From Nymphaea colorata (Eukaryota): a stretch of DNA of 64,000 nucleotides. The position numbers and the translations under genes are program-made. The notes under the pieces are model-generated. The model searched no databases. It was not told where the DNA came from and worked only from the letters and a program-made list of their open reading frames with translations. Where the stretch lies: positions 37,882,001 through 37,946,000 of the forward strand of contig NC_045138.2 in the NCBI RefSeq assembly GCF_008831285.2, in the 5' to 3' direction. Shown piece by piece: positions 51,201-64,000 of the stretch (position 1 is the first letter of the stretch; each line of letters starts with the position of its first letter).

Positions 51201-54200
51201 CAATCACGGGGTAATGTATGTCAAGGTTTCCATTAAGAATCATATTACACTCAAATACTTTAATTTTGCGATTAACACCAGCTGTTGCAAAAAATTCTTT
51301 ATCCCGGTCAAAACCCAGACAGCACACCAAATTTGAAGCATTCAACAAGTCCCTTTGTTTTAAGTCTCCCCGCACTTTTAACTTGCTGTATGAAAGGTAT
51401 TTACACAAGCCCTCAAGAAATGGTCCTACCCATCCACTTCTTTTTGCACCGTCCTGGCATTCTTTGGCATTCAAGTTATCAGTGGAACTGAAGTTACTTC
51501 TTTCTGTTCTCATATTTAATCTTCCAGAAATGTTCTGTGCAGGTGAACTTGTGTTCTGTATTTTGGGTGGTGGCTTGATCTGCTTGCACCTTGTAGAAAA
51601 GTAAGCAGATTCTAGCCTTCTGAAGTTTCTCATGACTCGAGAACTTTTAGTCATAAGATTGTCGGGATTGCCCGTATTCGCAGCCAACTTAAAATCCTCA
51701 TCAGTGGGTTTAAAACGCTTACTAGAATGCAAGCTCATTGAATCTTCTCTGTGAATGGGAAACGGCAAATTTTCTAGCTTCTCCGCACCAAAATTCAGGT
51801 TCTTATCCACTTCTATGTAGGAGCTTCCCTTTTTTTTTAGCTCAGACTGCTGACTTGTTACTTCCTCAATATCAGAGGATAAGCAACTCACAATCTCATG
51901 CAACCTACTGGAAGCATCTTGCTTTCTCTGGTGCATCTGCAAAAGAACCTCCAAGAGTAATTCTTGTTCTTCTATTTCTTCCTTAATCTTTATAGCTGCT
52001 TCCCGCTCCTCAACATTATCAGTCGGTTCATGAAGGAACTCACTCCGCAGCACTTCACTGCAAATATCATATAGTCCAGGAAAAATTCAAATCTAAGCTC
52101 ACAGTTCTCCTCTAGCTATCAAAACATAGAATACCATAAGAATGGAAATCAAACAGTTCTTTTACAAGAAGATTTGAATTTGCAATAAAAGTCATGTCAA
52201 AATGCAAAAGCAGTGAAATCACAGCAGTAAACTGTGGACAACCAGAACCTCATCCACCTGATTGATGAGCTGATCTGAAGTCCTTCAATAAGATCTAGAG
52301 TTCAATGTCCAGGATGCATCTCTTGGTATAATTAGGTAGGGATATGCCTAACCACAGTTTGCAATCAGGACAAGCAGGCAACAATTTGATGTCCTCTGAC
52401 TAGTTGGCATACTAACTTTCCAACAGACTCATACAACATAACTACAAAATACCAGTCATGGTTCACAAATCCCCTTGGTGAACATCACTCGAAAAAGTGA
52501 GGGTTTAAACATAGCCTTAAATATTATCAGTTTTAAGAATTGACAAACTAAGCAACAGGGTGATCCAGCAGAAAATCAATTTAATGGTGAAATCATTACA
52601 ATGGCCAGCAGACGTGATAATAATCTGGATGTCTCAAATCCATTTAAAGGTGCTTCATTATCAAGGTCCAAAATTTACTGAGACAATCCAAACATCTTTC
52701 AAAATGATTGGGGAGAATTTTTGTTTCATAGAAACTTTACTAAATAACAAACAGAGGTCTCTTGTCATCCAGAAGAAACAGAAACTAGAAGCAAAAAGAA
52801 ATTAATTTTTTTCTCTGGTGCTTCTAGCATCTTGGATTTAACAATATATCTATCAGATCCTTTTCCAAGTAACTAGATACATCGCCTCCATTTTTCATCC
52901 ACACAAAAGTGAGAAATGGTCTAAAAATAGGATATCGTGTGATTGATTAATTGATTGTTTTTGTGTGTGCGTGAGAGAGAGAGAGAGAGAGAATCACTAG
53001 GGACTGTTTGGAGGAAACCATGCTAGAAATAAATGGTATGCTAAGCAGTCAAATCCAAGCAGAAACCAGGCAAACACCATATATTGTGGACCTATCCTGG
53101 TGGCAGATATTCATTGACAGGAAGCTACCCTTTCGAATAGCACCATAATTACCCCCACTCACTATTGCATTCTTGACAAGGTACTAGGAAATCATCACAT
53201 ACTCATTCAATCGCCACAAGAAGACAAACGTTTCATCTTTTACTTCTTTGGAAGTAAGTTCAAGAATACATGTCCTAACACATACAAAACATTGATCAGG
53301 CTCTCCTTTAAAGGCAGCTGTGACCTCATATCCTTGTAAATCTTTGAAATTTGTTAAATTGCGTGAGAGATCTGGCCTTGAAGGAAAGAACTAGAACCAA
53401 AATTATATGACGTGCTGAAGTCATGGAAGCATACCTCATTTTTGGTCGTGTATTAGGTTGTGGATGCAATAACCACAAACAAAATGATGCTTCCTTGGGC
53501 CATTTCAACAACAGCTGAGGCGGCAAAACACGGTGGCGAAGGTTGGACATTGTCCTCAGCTTTTCCTCCTCCGAACTGAATGTGGAGAATAACTAATAAA
53601 CATACACAAAAGAGAACACCAGTTAACTATAAACTAGGAATAACCAACATGTTTGAAGAATTATGAATTGCCCACAGGTGTAACCGACTTTAAACTACAA
53701 ATATCTAACATTTTGAAGAATTTGAACTGCATACAGGAATCAAACAAGCACCTTAAAAGGCATTACACTCAACTTGGAATAACCATTCTGAAAAATGAAA
53801 CGAACCATACCTCAAATAAGAGAACACCAAGGCGGTAAATGTCTGATGCAAATGTGCTTGGGCTGCCAGAGGACTCCTCTGGACTTGTGTACCAACCAAC
53901 CTCCATGAACAAAATCTGTTTCAAAGGCGTTCTCTTTAATCTCTTCTGTTCATTGTCCTCAATGGTTTCAATTACAAGTGTTTCTTTAGTCTCTTCTGCT
54001 GAAGACAAAAGTGTCCCATATGCAGATGTTGACCCTAAGCAACTTGCAGTTTCCACATCAGACCGAGAAGCACCACCATCGTCATTTCTTTCTGAACCTC
54101 TAGGGTATGAGAGTGTGGCAGAGATTGCCAATTTTGACCCTTCATTAGCAGATAGGCTTCTTTGCCGAGATAACCCACAAGAAGGAGATGAGGTGCTACG

Positions 54201-54707
54201 GTCACCCACCCCACGTTCATCCACCAACTTCACTGCCTCCTGATTCAAATCAGACCTTGAACTTGAACAAGACGCAGATTCGATGAAAGAAACACGATTA
54301 AATGAAGACATAACAAAGCAGGAGGGCCTAATGTTGTGGACCACAACTCCTTGAGAGTGAGCAGCATTCACAATCTCTACAATCTGACTGAATATGTGCA
54401 GACACTCCAAAAGCTCAACAGATCGATTCGAGTTGTCCAACCATTGGCGCAAGCTGATATCACCAGGTTCCAGGGCACCCATTGCCTCATTTCCAGATAC
54501 GCAGGATGAACCAATCTGATTATCTAAATTGGCAGTCCAAAGAGCCTCAAAACCTTTCTCCTCGACCTGCACCGGCAATCTCTGGCCTGACTGCAGAGTT
54601 GGCAAGCCGCCATGAACACCACGGATATTGCTGGAAACAACAGAAGGATTCAAGTCCGCTCCTCTAGAACCAGATCTTTGCCACAAGAACCCTTCGGAAC
54701 TCTCCAT
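46829..54707 (-). CDS. SPA3: SPA1-related protein (SPA3/SPA4 clade): kinase-like domain, coiled coil and WD40, about 903 aa, 7 coding exons
   Basis: Exons 53811-54707, 53435-53592, 51109-52057, 50873-51019 (GC donor), 50427-50738, 48962-49021 and 46829-47017 join in frame. The last exon is missing from the ORF track and reads [17 protein letters not shown]...[28 protein letters not shown]. Motifs: [116 protein letters not shown]. Confidence 0.93.
47335..47495. mobile_element. Partial CAGGGG-family MITE in the last SPA intron
   Basis: Core ttttcaaattttgaacagg...ttttcaaattttttatatag and end gagggggccatggcccctg are shared with 26449-26620, 29066-29264 and about 61880-61990. Confidence 0.5.
47557..47756 (+). 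pseudogene. Degenerate nuclear 18S rRNA fragment (left arm of an inverted repeat)
   Basis: acacggagatagtgacaatgcataacaatact...gagtccagtaattagaataagtataat...ccttaacaagaatccataggagggcaa...ggtaatcccagctccaatag aligns by eye to plant 18S ACACGGGGAGGTAGTGACAATAAATAACAATACC...GAGTCTGGTAATTGGAATGAGTACAAT...CCTTAACGAGGATCCATTGGAGGGCAAG...GGTAATTCCAGCTCCAATAG. Confidence 0.85.
47780..47943 (-). pseudogene. Degenerate nuclear 18S rRNA fragment (right arm of an inverted repeat)
   Basis: The reverse complement reads ggaggtagtgataatacaaataataccaggctcttggagtctgataatttgaatgcgtgcaatctaaaccacttaatgtgaagccattggaggttaagtctggcaccagcagccatggtaattccacctccaatatcgtatgttaagttgttg. This is the same 18S segment, including the GTGCCAGCAGCCGCGGTAA region. 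Confidence 0.9.
48080..48339. mobile_element. hAT-like MITE (TAGGGCTGGG...CCCAGCCCCG) with an internal (TA)n, in the last SPA intron
   Basis: Imperfect terminal inverted repeats, GGCC/GGGCC subterminal motifs and a central AT microsatellite. Confidence 0.55.
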
Positions 54708-56659
54708 TCAGATATCTATGACAAAACATCCTTCTCCACTACGCCAAGGCCATGAAAAAACGCAAAGGTGATGCCGTGTTCTCCAATATCCATCCAAACC
54801 CATCTCCGAACAATTGTACTGTTACCAGTCGAAGGGCAACCTAGTTCTCCATCATCTGTTTCTGCATGTAACTTAGTCAAATTAAATCTCAAGATAAAGA
54901 ACTCAAAACAACATAAAGACTATCATAACTTGCCCGTCTGAAAGCAAACTTACCTGTAATTACAGCTCAAAGGGGAGAAAAAAAGCTGAGAAGAAAAGTT
55001 CCATTTACCTTAAACTGCAAGGTTACCGTCTTTTCCAAATATCGATTCCCTCCCACAAAGAGTCGTTACTAGCCAATCCCAATTCTACCTATCCGTCTAC
55101 TTTTAAAATGGCGGGAGCACCTGCGAAGTGAAGTACTAAGAAGTAGTTAGCACCCCCATAAACATAGAAATATATCAAGCTTGTAAGTGATGAAAGGAAT
55201 AAATACACAAAGCGAGTAAGAATTCAAGCAAAAAAAACATCGAATCAAACAAATGATAGAGAACGTCCTCGATATAATGATGTGCTTCGGGCTTTGAAAT
55301 ATGAAGCAACAGCAAAGAAAAGTAATTACTAAAAGTAACATCCAACTGTTGAACAGAAAAGTTGCTGAATCAGACTGTACAACCGAAAAATAACGTTGCA
55401 GCTCCAAGAATGCAAAGACGATTAGGCTTGATCTCCGTCAAGCCTAAACAGAAGATGATGAAGGAGCTTCTGAAACGGAGTCAAGCATCATCAAAAAATA
55501 ACCAGAAATGCCAAGCAAAGGAATCATGCAAAGAGGAGCATGTAGCGTCAAATGAAAGGAAAAAAACACCACCTCAAACCACAAAATGCCTCCTGGATTC
55601 TCAACTCATGCATTTAACACCTCGACCAGCCATTATTTGCAGAACCCAACTCCACAAGTCTCTCAACTACTACCGTGAGTCCTGGATGACCTTCGAAACC
55701 GATCAACTCAATTTCGAACTTTCCTCCCGTTTCCTGGTTTCTTTTTTTTCCGCTTTTCCTTTCATAAATTTTCTGAACCATATAAATTATACGTTCGATT
55801 TTCACAGGAGGACCAGCTTAGCAATCAAAGCCAGACGTCACAACAGGCAATAATAAGCAATAAAGATATGAATAAAATATAAAACACATGCCCTTCTGAA
55901 AGATCTGGGACTGGTGCTTCTGCTCAACCCGGTCCTCTTCTTCGTTATCTTCGCTTGCCTTTATTTCTTTATTCCTTTTTTAGCTTAAGGGCTACGTGGC
56001 AGCAAGATATCCACAAAGACGAAAGGACAGCACTACAATAAAATTTGGCAAGCCTGTGGACCTGGTTTTCAAAAAAAAAAAAAAAAAAAAAGGAAAAAAA
56101 AGACTAAATGCAGAGAAACTAATAAACAATTAATGTGCACACTGTGCACAAAGGAAAACCGGAACAAGTCTTGTACCACCACTTCAGAAACACCATTATT
56201 TTATGACGTGACCACCCTCATTTCAAAGGGTGAATAATTAATTGATTATGCTAATCCCAATTTTTTAACGAAAGGCTTTCCTATTCTGTACCAGCTAGAT
56301 TCATGCAACACCTAAGACGAGAAACACTTTCTATAACAGGCAACAGGAAAAAACAAATAACATGTTAGTTCTATAGTCAGTTTACTTTGTAATATCTTAG
56401 AGTTTTCTACTGTGCAGGATGCTAATAATATATATATATATATAACAAAAAAATGCTGAAAAAGAAAAAATGCGCATTTAATTAGCAGGAAATAGACGGA
56501 GACGGACTGGAAATCTCCACCAGCCATTACTCGAAGAACAAAATAGCCTTCAATAAAAAGAGTTAAATCAGACGGGATCCAGGGCGTCCAATGGTCAAGA
56601 GCCTTCGTCTTCCTTGTCAAAATTGACAGATGGTCAGTGGTCACTACTTGAGCCAGCAA

Positions 56660-56725
56660 AGGTGAATGAGATCTCTGTTTAGGAAACCGCACAGGTGAAT
56701 GAGATCTCCGTTTAGGAAACCGCAC
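56660..56725. repeat. 33-bp tandem duplication in the SPA upstream/5'UTR-intron region
   Basis: aggtgaatgagatctc(t/c)gtttaggaaaccgcac x2. Confidence 0.92.
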
Positions 56726-59365
56726 GCTGTAGATGCAAGGCTGCCTATTGTTTTAGTCAATTACATTCAAGAGACGCATTTTTTTAATCACAAACAAGGA
56801 ATACTTGAGTTCAGAGTCATGGACCTTCGCAGCAAGCAACGATACGAGACTTGGAGAACGATCAAACAATATTTACTGTTCATAAATATCAAAAAATGTA
56901 TACACAGGGAATCCACGTATCAGCAACATATTCATACAACGAAACAAACCCTAAATCTCTTTTTTTTAACTTGCTCGTTGCCAGAGTCTCAAATCGCTGG
57001 AATTCTAATTTAAGGTGCACCTCACAACACCGTAACACAAGAACACAAGGGGAGAAACCCTAGTTTTGACATTGAGCTCCATTACTTGGTGGCTTCTTCC
57101 GAGGTGTTCGCCTTAGAAGCCGCTGCCAAAGTAAACAACCTCAGTCCCGAGAGGTCTCACCATTCCGCCGACAATCCTAAAACAAATTCTCCTCATAATA
57201 GAAACAAAGAGTCGTGGAAAAAGAACTCTGTTCGTTTGAAATTTTCCGATATTATCGCGATCATGGAGATCATTATCTCCCGATATCTCGTTCACAATGA
57301 ACCATTCCACAAAAAGAAAAAAGAAGGGAACATTTCTTACTCCTCTTTTCTTATGCTTTCGCCAACCCAATACCGCTAAAACAACGGAGCTCCCATCGCT
57401 TTCCAATCCCTAAAAACCCAAAAAAGAGAAAAAAAACAGCAAAAAAATTAAAAAGAAAAAGAAAAGCCCCCGAGGATTTGCTCATGTGAAGACGGAAAAA
57501 AAGCAACCGAGGAGCGCCAAAATCTCACTCTTTCGCTATCAAGAACAATCCCAAAAGAAAACAGAATCTCGCCCACTAGACGAAAGGAGAAGAAGAAAAA
57601 AACAGACGATCGGCAAATTTTGCTTATTTTTCCAATGGTAATGTTGGATAATGGCGGACTCCTTCAACGGGAGCCTACCAAAGTTTCCGCCCATCGCTGA
57701 TGTGCCGCATCAACAAGCCACGACCACAAGTCGCAGGAGAAAGAAGAAAAGGGATTATTAAGAGAAGAAAATTCTCTGAGCCACAGAATTCACCTGAGAG
57801 GGGAATAGCGATAGGCGCCACATCGAGATTCGAAGGCGAAAGCGAAAGCGATTTTTCATTTTCTTTATTGCCGGTGCGATTAGAAAACTAATCACGTAGT
57901 TAAGAACTTAAGAGAGAGATTTCCATTTGTACCATTTTTAATAAAGGCGGTTGCTAGTAGCTGCCTTTCTATGTATGCCCTCGCCTATTACTTTGAATGA
58001 CGAAACGGTCCCTCGACGAATATTGTATTAATGGAGCACATGTTTTTAAATCAACATTCTTATTCTCCTTTTTAAAAGCATGATATAATTGCGGACCTTG
58101 CTTTTGAATTAAACAGACAAATTGATTAATAATCGGGACAAAAAATTATCTTTTTTACTTTGGCGGGAATCTAAAAGGGTATATAAGTCATTTAGTATGG
58201 TGAGAGGGAGCCAACGTAAGCAACCCGGGAAAGGGGGGAAGGAGTTGTTGTCCTCACGCAAAAAAGATAGCCGCGAAGGCGGATGGCGCCAAAGTTTTCA
58301 AGTGACTCGATACCCTCCAACAAATATCCAAATTCCGACCATTACCTCAAAAATATTGACGTAAAAACTTTGAACTATTTTCCACTTAATTTTATTGAAG
58401 ATCTCTTTAATGTACGTTATAGCTTCATCTTGAATATTCTTCTTACTCGATTGAACCCTATAAATCATATTTTATTTTTTTAAATATATATATATCTGTA
58501 TCGGCAAATTTTCTCTTCCAAATAATAAATGTAAAAAAGAACAACAAAAGAAAGATAAGGGAAAAGAATCGAGAGAGAGAGTGAAAAGATAATGAACAAA
58601 AGAAATACATATGTGTTCTTATGTGGCTTTTTTTGACGTGTCAGACAAGGGGGCCTTTTGATTGTTTCGAACGATGGATGGGCATCAAACACGGGGTCGA
58701 AAGTCCAGAAATATTTTTTTACATAAAAAGAGGTGAGAAAGTCGGAGAAATGGACCCGCTGTATATTTTTTTTCTTTTCACCCGACGGGCTCCTTGGGTT
58801 CTACGTCGTGTTTGCATCAAAAGAGGTGAGAAAGTCGGAGAAAAGAAAATAAGTTCGTTTTATTTTAAAAAGATTTGCATCGACTCGTCTCGTTTTAAAA
58901 AAGGATTTCTATTGATAATAATATCACCAACATCAATGTCTAAGTTGCCTTCACCTTCTTCTCATAGGATCTCTCAAGGAGAGCATTTTTTTGGCGATTA
59001 TTGATTTTACTTGAGAACGAGAAACATCATCTCAACCACATATTTATAACACTAACAAGGCTGACATGATTATTTGTGGTCCCTTTTGGTAGCTGTAGAT
59101 AACACAATCATGATATCATATCACTCTCACCGACCCCGACAGGTCTCGTCGAACTTCCATCGCCGCCGGCACCTCTCCGGATGCGGTCATTACGCCGGAG
59201 CTCCGGCTCGAAGACAAAGTCTGAGTTTAAAAAATATGTTGTAGTGGCACTCTATAGACTACGAGCTAGTCCGCCGGTTCTCCTTTTTCCGTTGCACTCC
59301 AATTTTTTGTGTCACGATGATTTGATTCTTTTACAAAATCCAAAACTTTTAAGCTTAAAAGGGCA

Positions 59366-59414
<49 letters not shown>

Positions 59415-60205
59415 CAAATATTTGATGACAGCAATATAAAAATAAAAGTAATTTGTGGGGCTGATTTGCGCAATTCTCTGCATCATCAGACCACATGTGG
59501 TTCTACCATTGGTAATAATTCTAAGAGCCTTGGAACCCTAATAGTGAATTCGTAGTGATGAAGACAAATACTATGTAAAACTAAACTTTGGCATAGAACT
59601 GGGCCCGGGCTTAGGTTTCAAGTATCAGACCCAAGCTCGGGTTTTGGACATCGGGCCAACCCCAACCCTGCTCTTATCAGGTCGGGTCGGGCCGGGCCAA
59701 CCCAATGCCCAAGTGTATATAAAACCACCAAAATGGTGAAGCTTCGGCTTTTACGCCCTCTCCTTTTATGCAGCATAAGACATAAGCTTTGTGGTATGGG
59801 ATTTTTTTTATAAAATTAACAAAAATAAAATTTCCATACTTTGGAAGAATATGAATGAGTGAGTCAACCCCGGTGAATGTTCCTTTTGGGCAAATGTTGC
59901 AAGAAAGCGCAGTACCGTGTTTCATTGGATTCCAGCTTTTGGCATCTAAGTGTGGAAAGCCCCACTGGAATAATAAGCAAACGTTCTACTATAATAAAAT
60001 GCTGATCCTACACCGGTTGCACCATAAAATAAGCAAAAAAAAGAACAATCAATATCCGTCAAAAGTTCGTGTAGCTAGTCGTAAACACTAAACTAAAGTA
60101 ATGCATCCGTTGCACTTTTAATGAAAAGTTGAGCTTCCGGAATATCTCTTCGAATAACATATTCTTGAAATATGGGTCCTCAAACATCTATTAAATAACA
60201 TATTC

Positions 60206-60260
<55 letters not shown>

Positions 60261-60549
60261 AGAGAGAGAGAGAGAGAGAGAAAAAGTAGAGATGCAACTT
60301 GCCAAGTTGATGAACACCAACTTGCACATTAGAGCTGCAACAAGTTGGAAGCAATAGTGGCAGTGTGGGGTTCACCAAATCTGACCATTCAAGGTCTGTT
60401 AGTGGCCCAGTGGGAGATTGGCCCAAACTGCTAGGGACATATTTGTCTTCTCATAGGCAGGTTACTGTTTCCTATTAATTAATGGAGAACTGTTTCCTAT
60501 TAATTAATGGAGATGCATGGTGCATGGCATTTATGAATGTACAACGAAC

Positions 60550-60850
60550 TTGGCTAGCTCGAGCTCATCTCGAGTTACATATTGCTCAGCTCGAACTTGA
60601 CTCCAGCTGCATGAAGTGAGCTCAACTTGTTTAGTCTCGTGTCACTTAGTTCATATATTTTTTTAAAATAAAAATAAAAGCCATAAAAATTCGTTAAAAT
60701 TTGCAGACATATGCCTCTGAAGATTAATACATGGGGAAAACACAAGCTAAATCGAGTTTAAATGAGTCGAGCTCATGTAAAACTCACTTTACTCGTTTGT
60801 AACTCGAGTTAAGATATTAAATGAGTCGAGCTCGAGTTGGCTCAACTTGT
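60550..60850. mobile_element. GAGCTCGAG-motif DNA-transposon remnant
   Basis: Arrays of gctcgagctc, ctcgagtt and gagtcgagctc at both ends of an AT-rich core. Same family as 31630-32020. Confidence 0.55.
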
Positions 60851-63800
60851 TGTACGCCACACGTGGTTCTAGAATAAATTTGTGGTTTAGAATCCGCATG
60901 GATCAAAATGAGTTGGGTTTGGATAAGGAGCCACCACCTAACCTTCGCGTATTGCATAACCGGCCATCTTCCTTTCTTCTCTGTCATCTTTCGAGTCGCA
61001 GGCAGTTTCAGCGGCGCAGGTATTGACGCCGTATCCGGTTTGCTGATATTTCTTGTTTCTTATTTAACAAATTCAAAACTAAATTAAAAATCAAATTGCA
61101 AGTTTATTATTAGGTGTTCTAGCTAGTTCCTCCGATCTCAGCTGCAAGATAATTCCTAAGATTTATAATGTGATGGCTTCCTAATACTAAACAAGCATGA
61201 TTGAAGCAGTGCCCTGATATTTTTTTTCTATAATTTTCATATGATTAAAAATAAATATATTAATAAAAATGGAAATATATCTCCTGCTATGAATATTAAA
61301 AATGATATTTAGTATGCTAATATATGGGCATTTTTTTCAAGCGAATTATGGCTATATTTCTTGTTTTGAAAGGCGATTCAGCCACAAATTGGGTTGAGTC
61401 TTATCCTCATCAGATTTTTGTGAGAATATGAACCTCAGGTATTGAACCGTCGACCTTGAATATTTCAAGTCCAAGATTGTAAACGTTGGATCGGATTCTT
61501 ATTGGCAGGTATATATCGGATCCTTCTTGGCCATCTTGTCAGGATTTGACTATTATTCCTGGATTTGGGTAGCTAGGAAAAAGCACGATACTTGGCTTTC
61601 GTAACACCAGATCCAAGTTTTGGTGGTGATCAAATCTAGAGATGCCTGGTCAGGGAGAGAGAATCGCTCCAAAGTTCAGCAGTTGATCGGAGATCCAGTA
61701 CTCCTTGCCACCCCGCAAGCTTTCCGGTTCATAATATTGGTTTTCCTAACAACTCCAACAAATGCCGCAACTGGCCTGAGCATCGGGCTGGTCAGACCTG
61801 ATAAGAGTTGGGCTTGAGTCGGTCCGACATCCGAAAATTGAGTCTAGGCTCGGCTGGATATCTGACATCCGAGCCAGAAATACAATTTTCAAAATTTTTA
61901 TATAAACTAAATTAATTTTTTTAATTTATACATAAACTTTTTGATTTATAAAAAAAATCTGAGAGGAGTCAAGTCAAGGCCCCTGCTTGGGGGCAGAAGT
62001 TCTAGTGAATTTAAATGCAAATATCTTTTCGTTTTTACTTTTCCCCACTTAAATGAAAATCTTTTTTTCTTTTCATTTCTCTATTCCAAGTTGAAGCCAT
62101 GAGAATATAACGGATTGGCCAAAGATATATGGTCAAGACTCCAGAGTGGTTTGACTCGGTAGGGGATCGAACCGAGTCGAGTTAACTGAGTCAACGAATT
62201 GACTCGACAGGTTTTAAAATACCGCCACACTTATAAGTGCCCTCCCTTAATTTGAATTTTTTATTTTGCCACTAACCATTAATTAAGATGCCAATGAATC
62301 CAATTGGGATGGTATATCCAACTGAACTACTTTTAAAATAATCAGATTTTTAAGAAAAAAATGAACATCTGATTAATAAATTAGATTGAATTTAGATTTT
62401 GAAGACAACATCCAAAGAATTTGATTCGGTTTATAATTTAAAAGTACCCCATTGAAAAAAAAGATTAAAATTACAAATAGGCGCTCAACAAATGATTCAA
62501 TAGCAAAAAGGACTTGATTTTTCGCCTCAAATTCTCAAACAACCACAATATAAAATAACATTGTAAAACACAAAAATGTATTTATTTTAACATTTTACAA
62601 AAATGAAAATAAAAGACAACCCTCGCCGGATAGAGAGAGGTGCTGTCAACCCCTGCCATCCACGACGGTTGCCCTCGGATCATTTGTTGAGCACCTATAT
62701 GTCATTTGGATTTAATTTTAAATGAATATCTTATATTTAATGTCCATCCATTTTGAAAAATTTGTTAGATTTGATCTAAAACTCGGATTCAAATTCAAAT
62801 TCAGTTGTCAATTTAAAAATCAGACTTGGGTAATGGTATAGAGTTTTCTTAATTTGTATTGAAATCCAAATAAGAACCCAAATATTTGATCATCTAATAA
62901 AACAAATAGCGGTAAAAAGTATATCGTATTAAAATCCGACCCATTGACATCCCTATAAACCACTGTCACTGATAGTTGTGCAAGCTTTGGCCACACAACG
63001 GGGTCGCATCCATTGGTGATGGAGCGGCGGGGTATCCTTGCAAAAACAACCTATAGATATGTTCTTAGCAACTTGATTTGCAATTGTACAAATAAAGGGC
63101 TTTCAGGCCTCTTTTCTGGGCGGTTTTCTGGGCGGTGGGTTATTAATATTGTAGCCGCACAAAAATTGTTTGAGTTGACCCCTCACTTACCAACCCAAAG
63201 TCCTGTCACTCGACTTGTTTTCTCTCCATATTAAAAACAAAACTGCATGGTAAGACAGCAGTAGCGAAGCTACTTGTTAGCTGGGATGGGCCACAGCCTA
63301 CACCAACCTTTTAAAAACTCGCATTATAATGTTTCAACATTAAGTTGTTGTGACTTTAAAATTATATATAGTGCCCACACCAAATTTGTGTGACAAGTGC
63401 AAGTAAAAAGATGCTCGCTCATGAAACGCTTGTAGTCTCACTTCAAGGGTCTATGCATGACTTTTACTTTTTTAAGTTGGAGATATCACTTATGAGTTCT
63501 TATGTCATTCTATGCAGTTGGTTTGGATCTGTGACAGCCAAACACATTGGAAGTTGATTGAAATTGAAGCCCAAGACATTCAATCCCACGTTTAATAATG
63601 TTCACGATCAGTCATGGGGTGAATGCATTTTCCCCACAGTTGTTGCTGCCCATATTTCTGCCTAGGTTTGATGTGTAAGAGAGATTTCAGAGGGTACTGA
63701 ATGGGTAAATTTTCACTTCTTTGTATCTCCTATACTCAAAGTGCATGATTGCATCATGGCAAGGGACGAGGATTTGAGGAGAAAACGAAGCTGGCGCGAG

Positions 63801-64000
63801 CAGTTCCGACTTGTTGTCTGGCTGGACGCAGGAACCCCGAAATTTCTTTCGGGCAATCAAACGACCCCTATTGATTCTTGCGGAAATTAGGTTCCAGGAT
63901 AAGAGCTTCCATGGAAATTCTTTTCCCTACGAAAATGCAACGTTCTCTTACAGGAATCGATGTCCATGAATCGGCTTGTTGGGACTCTTTTCCCTGGTGA

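Overview
Eukaryotic (flowering-plant) nuclear DNA: AT-rich, with introns, microsatellites and MITEs. I assembled five intact protein-coding genes by hand from splice sites. They are a proton pump interactor PPI1 (+, 1971-5319), a Raf-like MAPKKK of the RAF36/RAF43 type (+, 12917-15860), a GT14 GlcAT14-like glycosyltransferase (-, 20017-23609), a DUF506 protein (-, 34058-35351) and an SPA3/SPA4-like SPA1-related protein (-, 46829-54707). There is also a full-length U6 snRNA with a degenerate promoter, next to a truncated tandem U6 pseudogene. The most unusual observations are four. (1) A foldback of two inverted, independently decayed 18S rRNA fragments sits inside the last SPA intron. (2) The membrane-anchor exon of PPI1 can only be joined through a non-canonical GA-AG intron. 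(3) Competing GC and GT donors in the SPA WD40 region would add or omit an in-frame 18-aa insert. (4) A dense uORF cluster abuts the SPA start codon. Family assignments rest on motifs I recognise, not on database searches.
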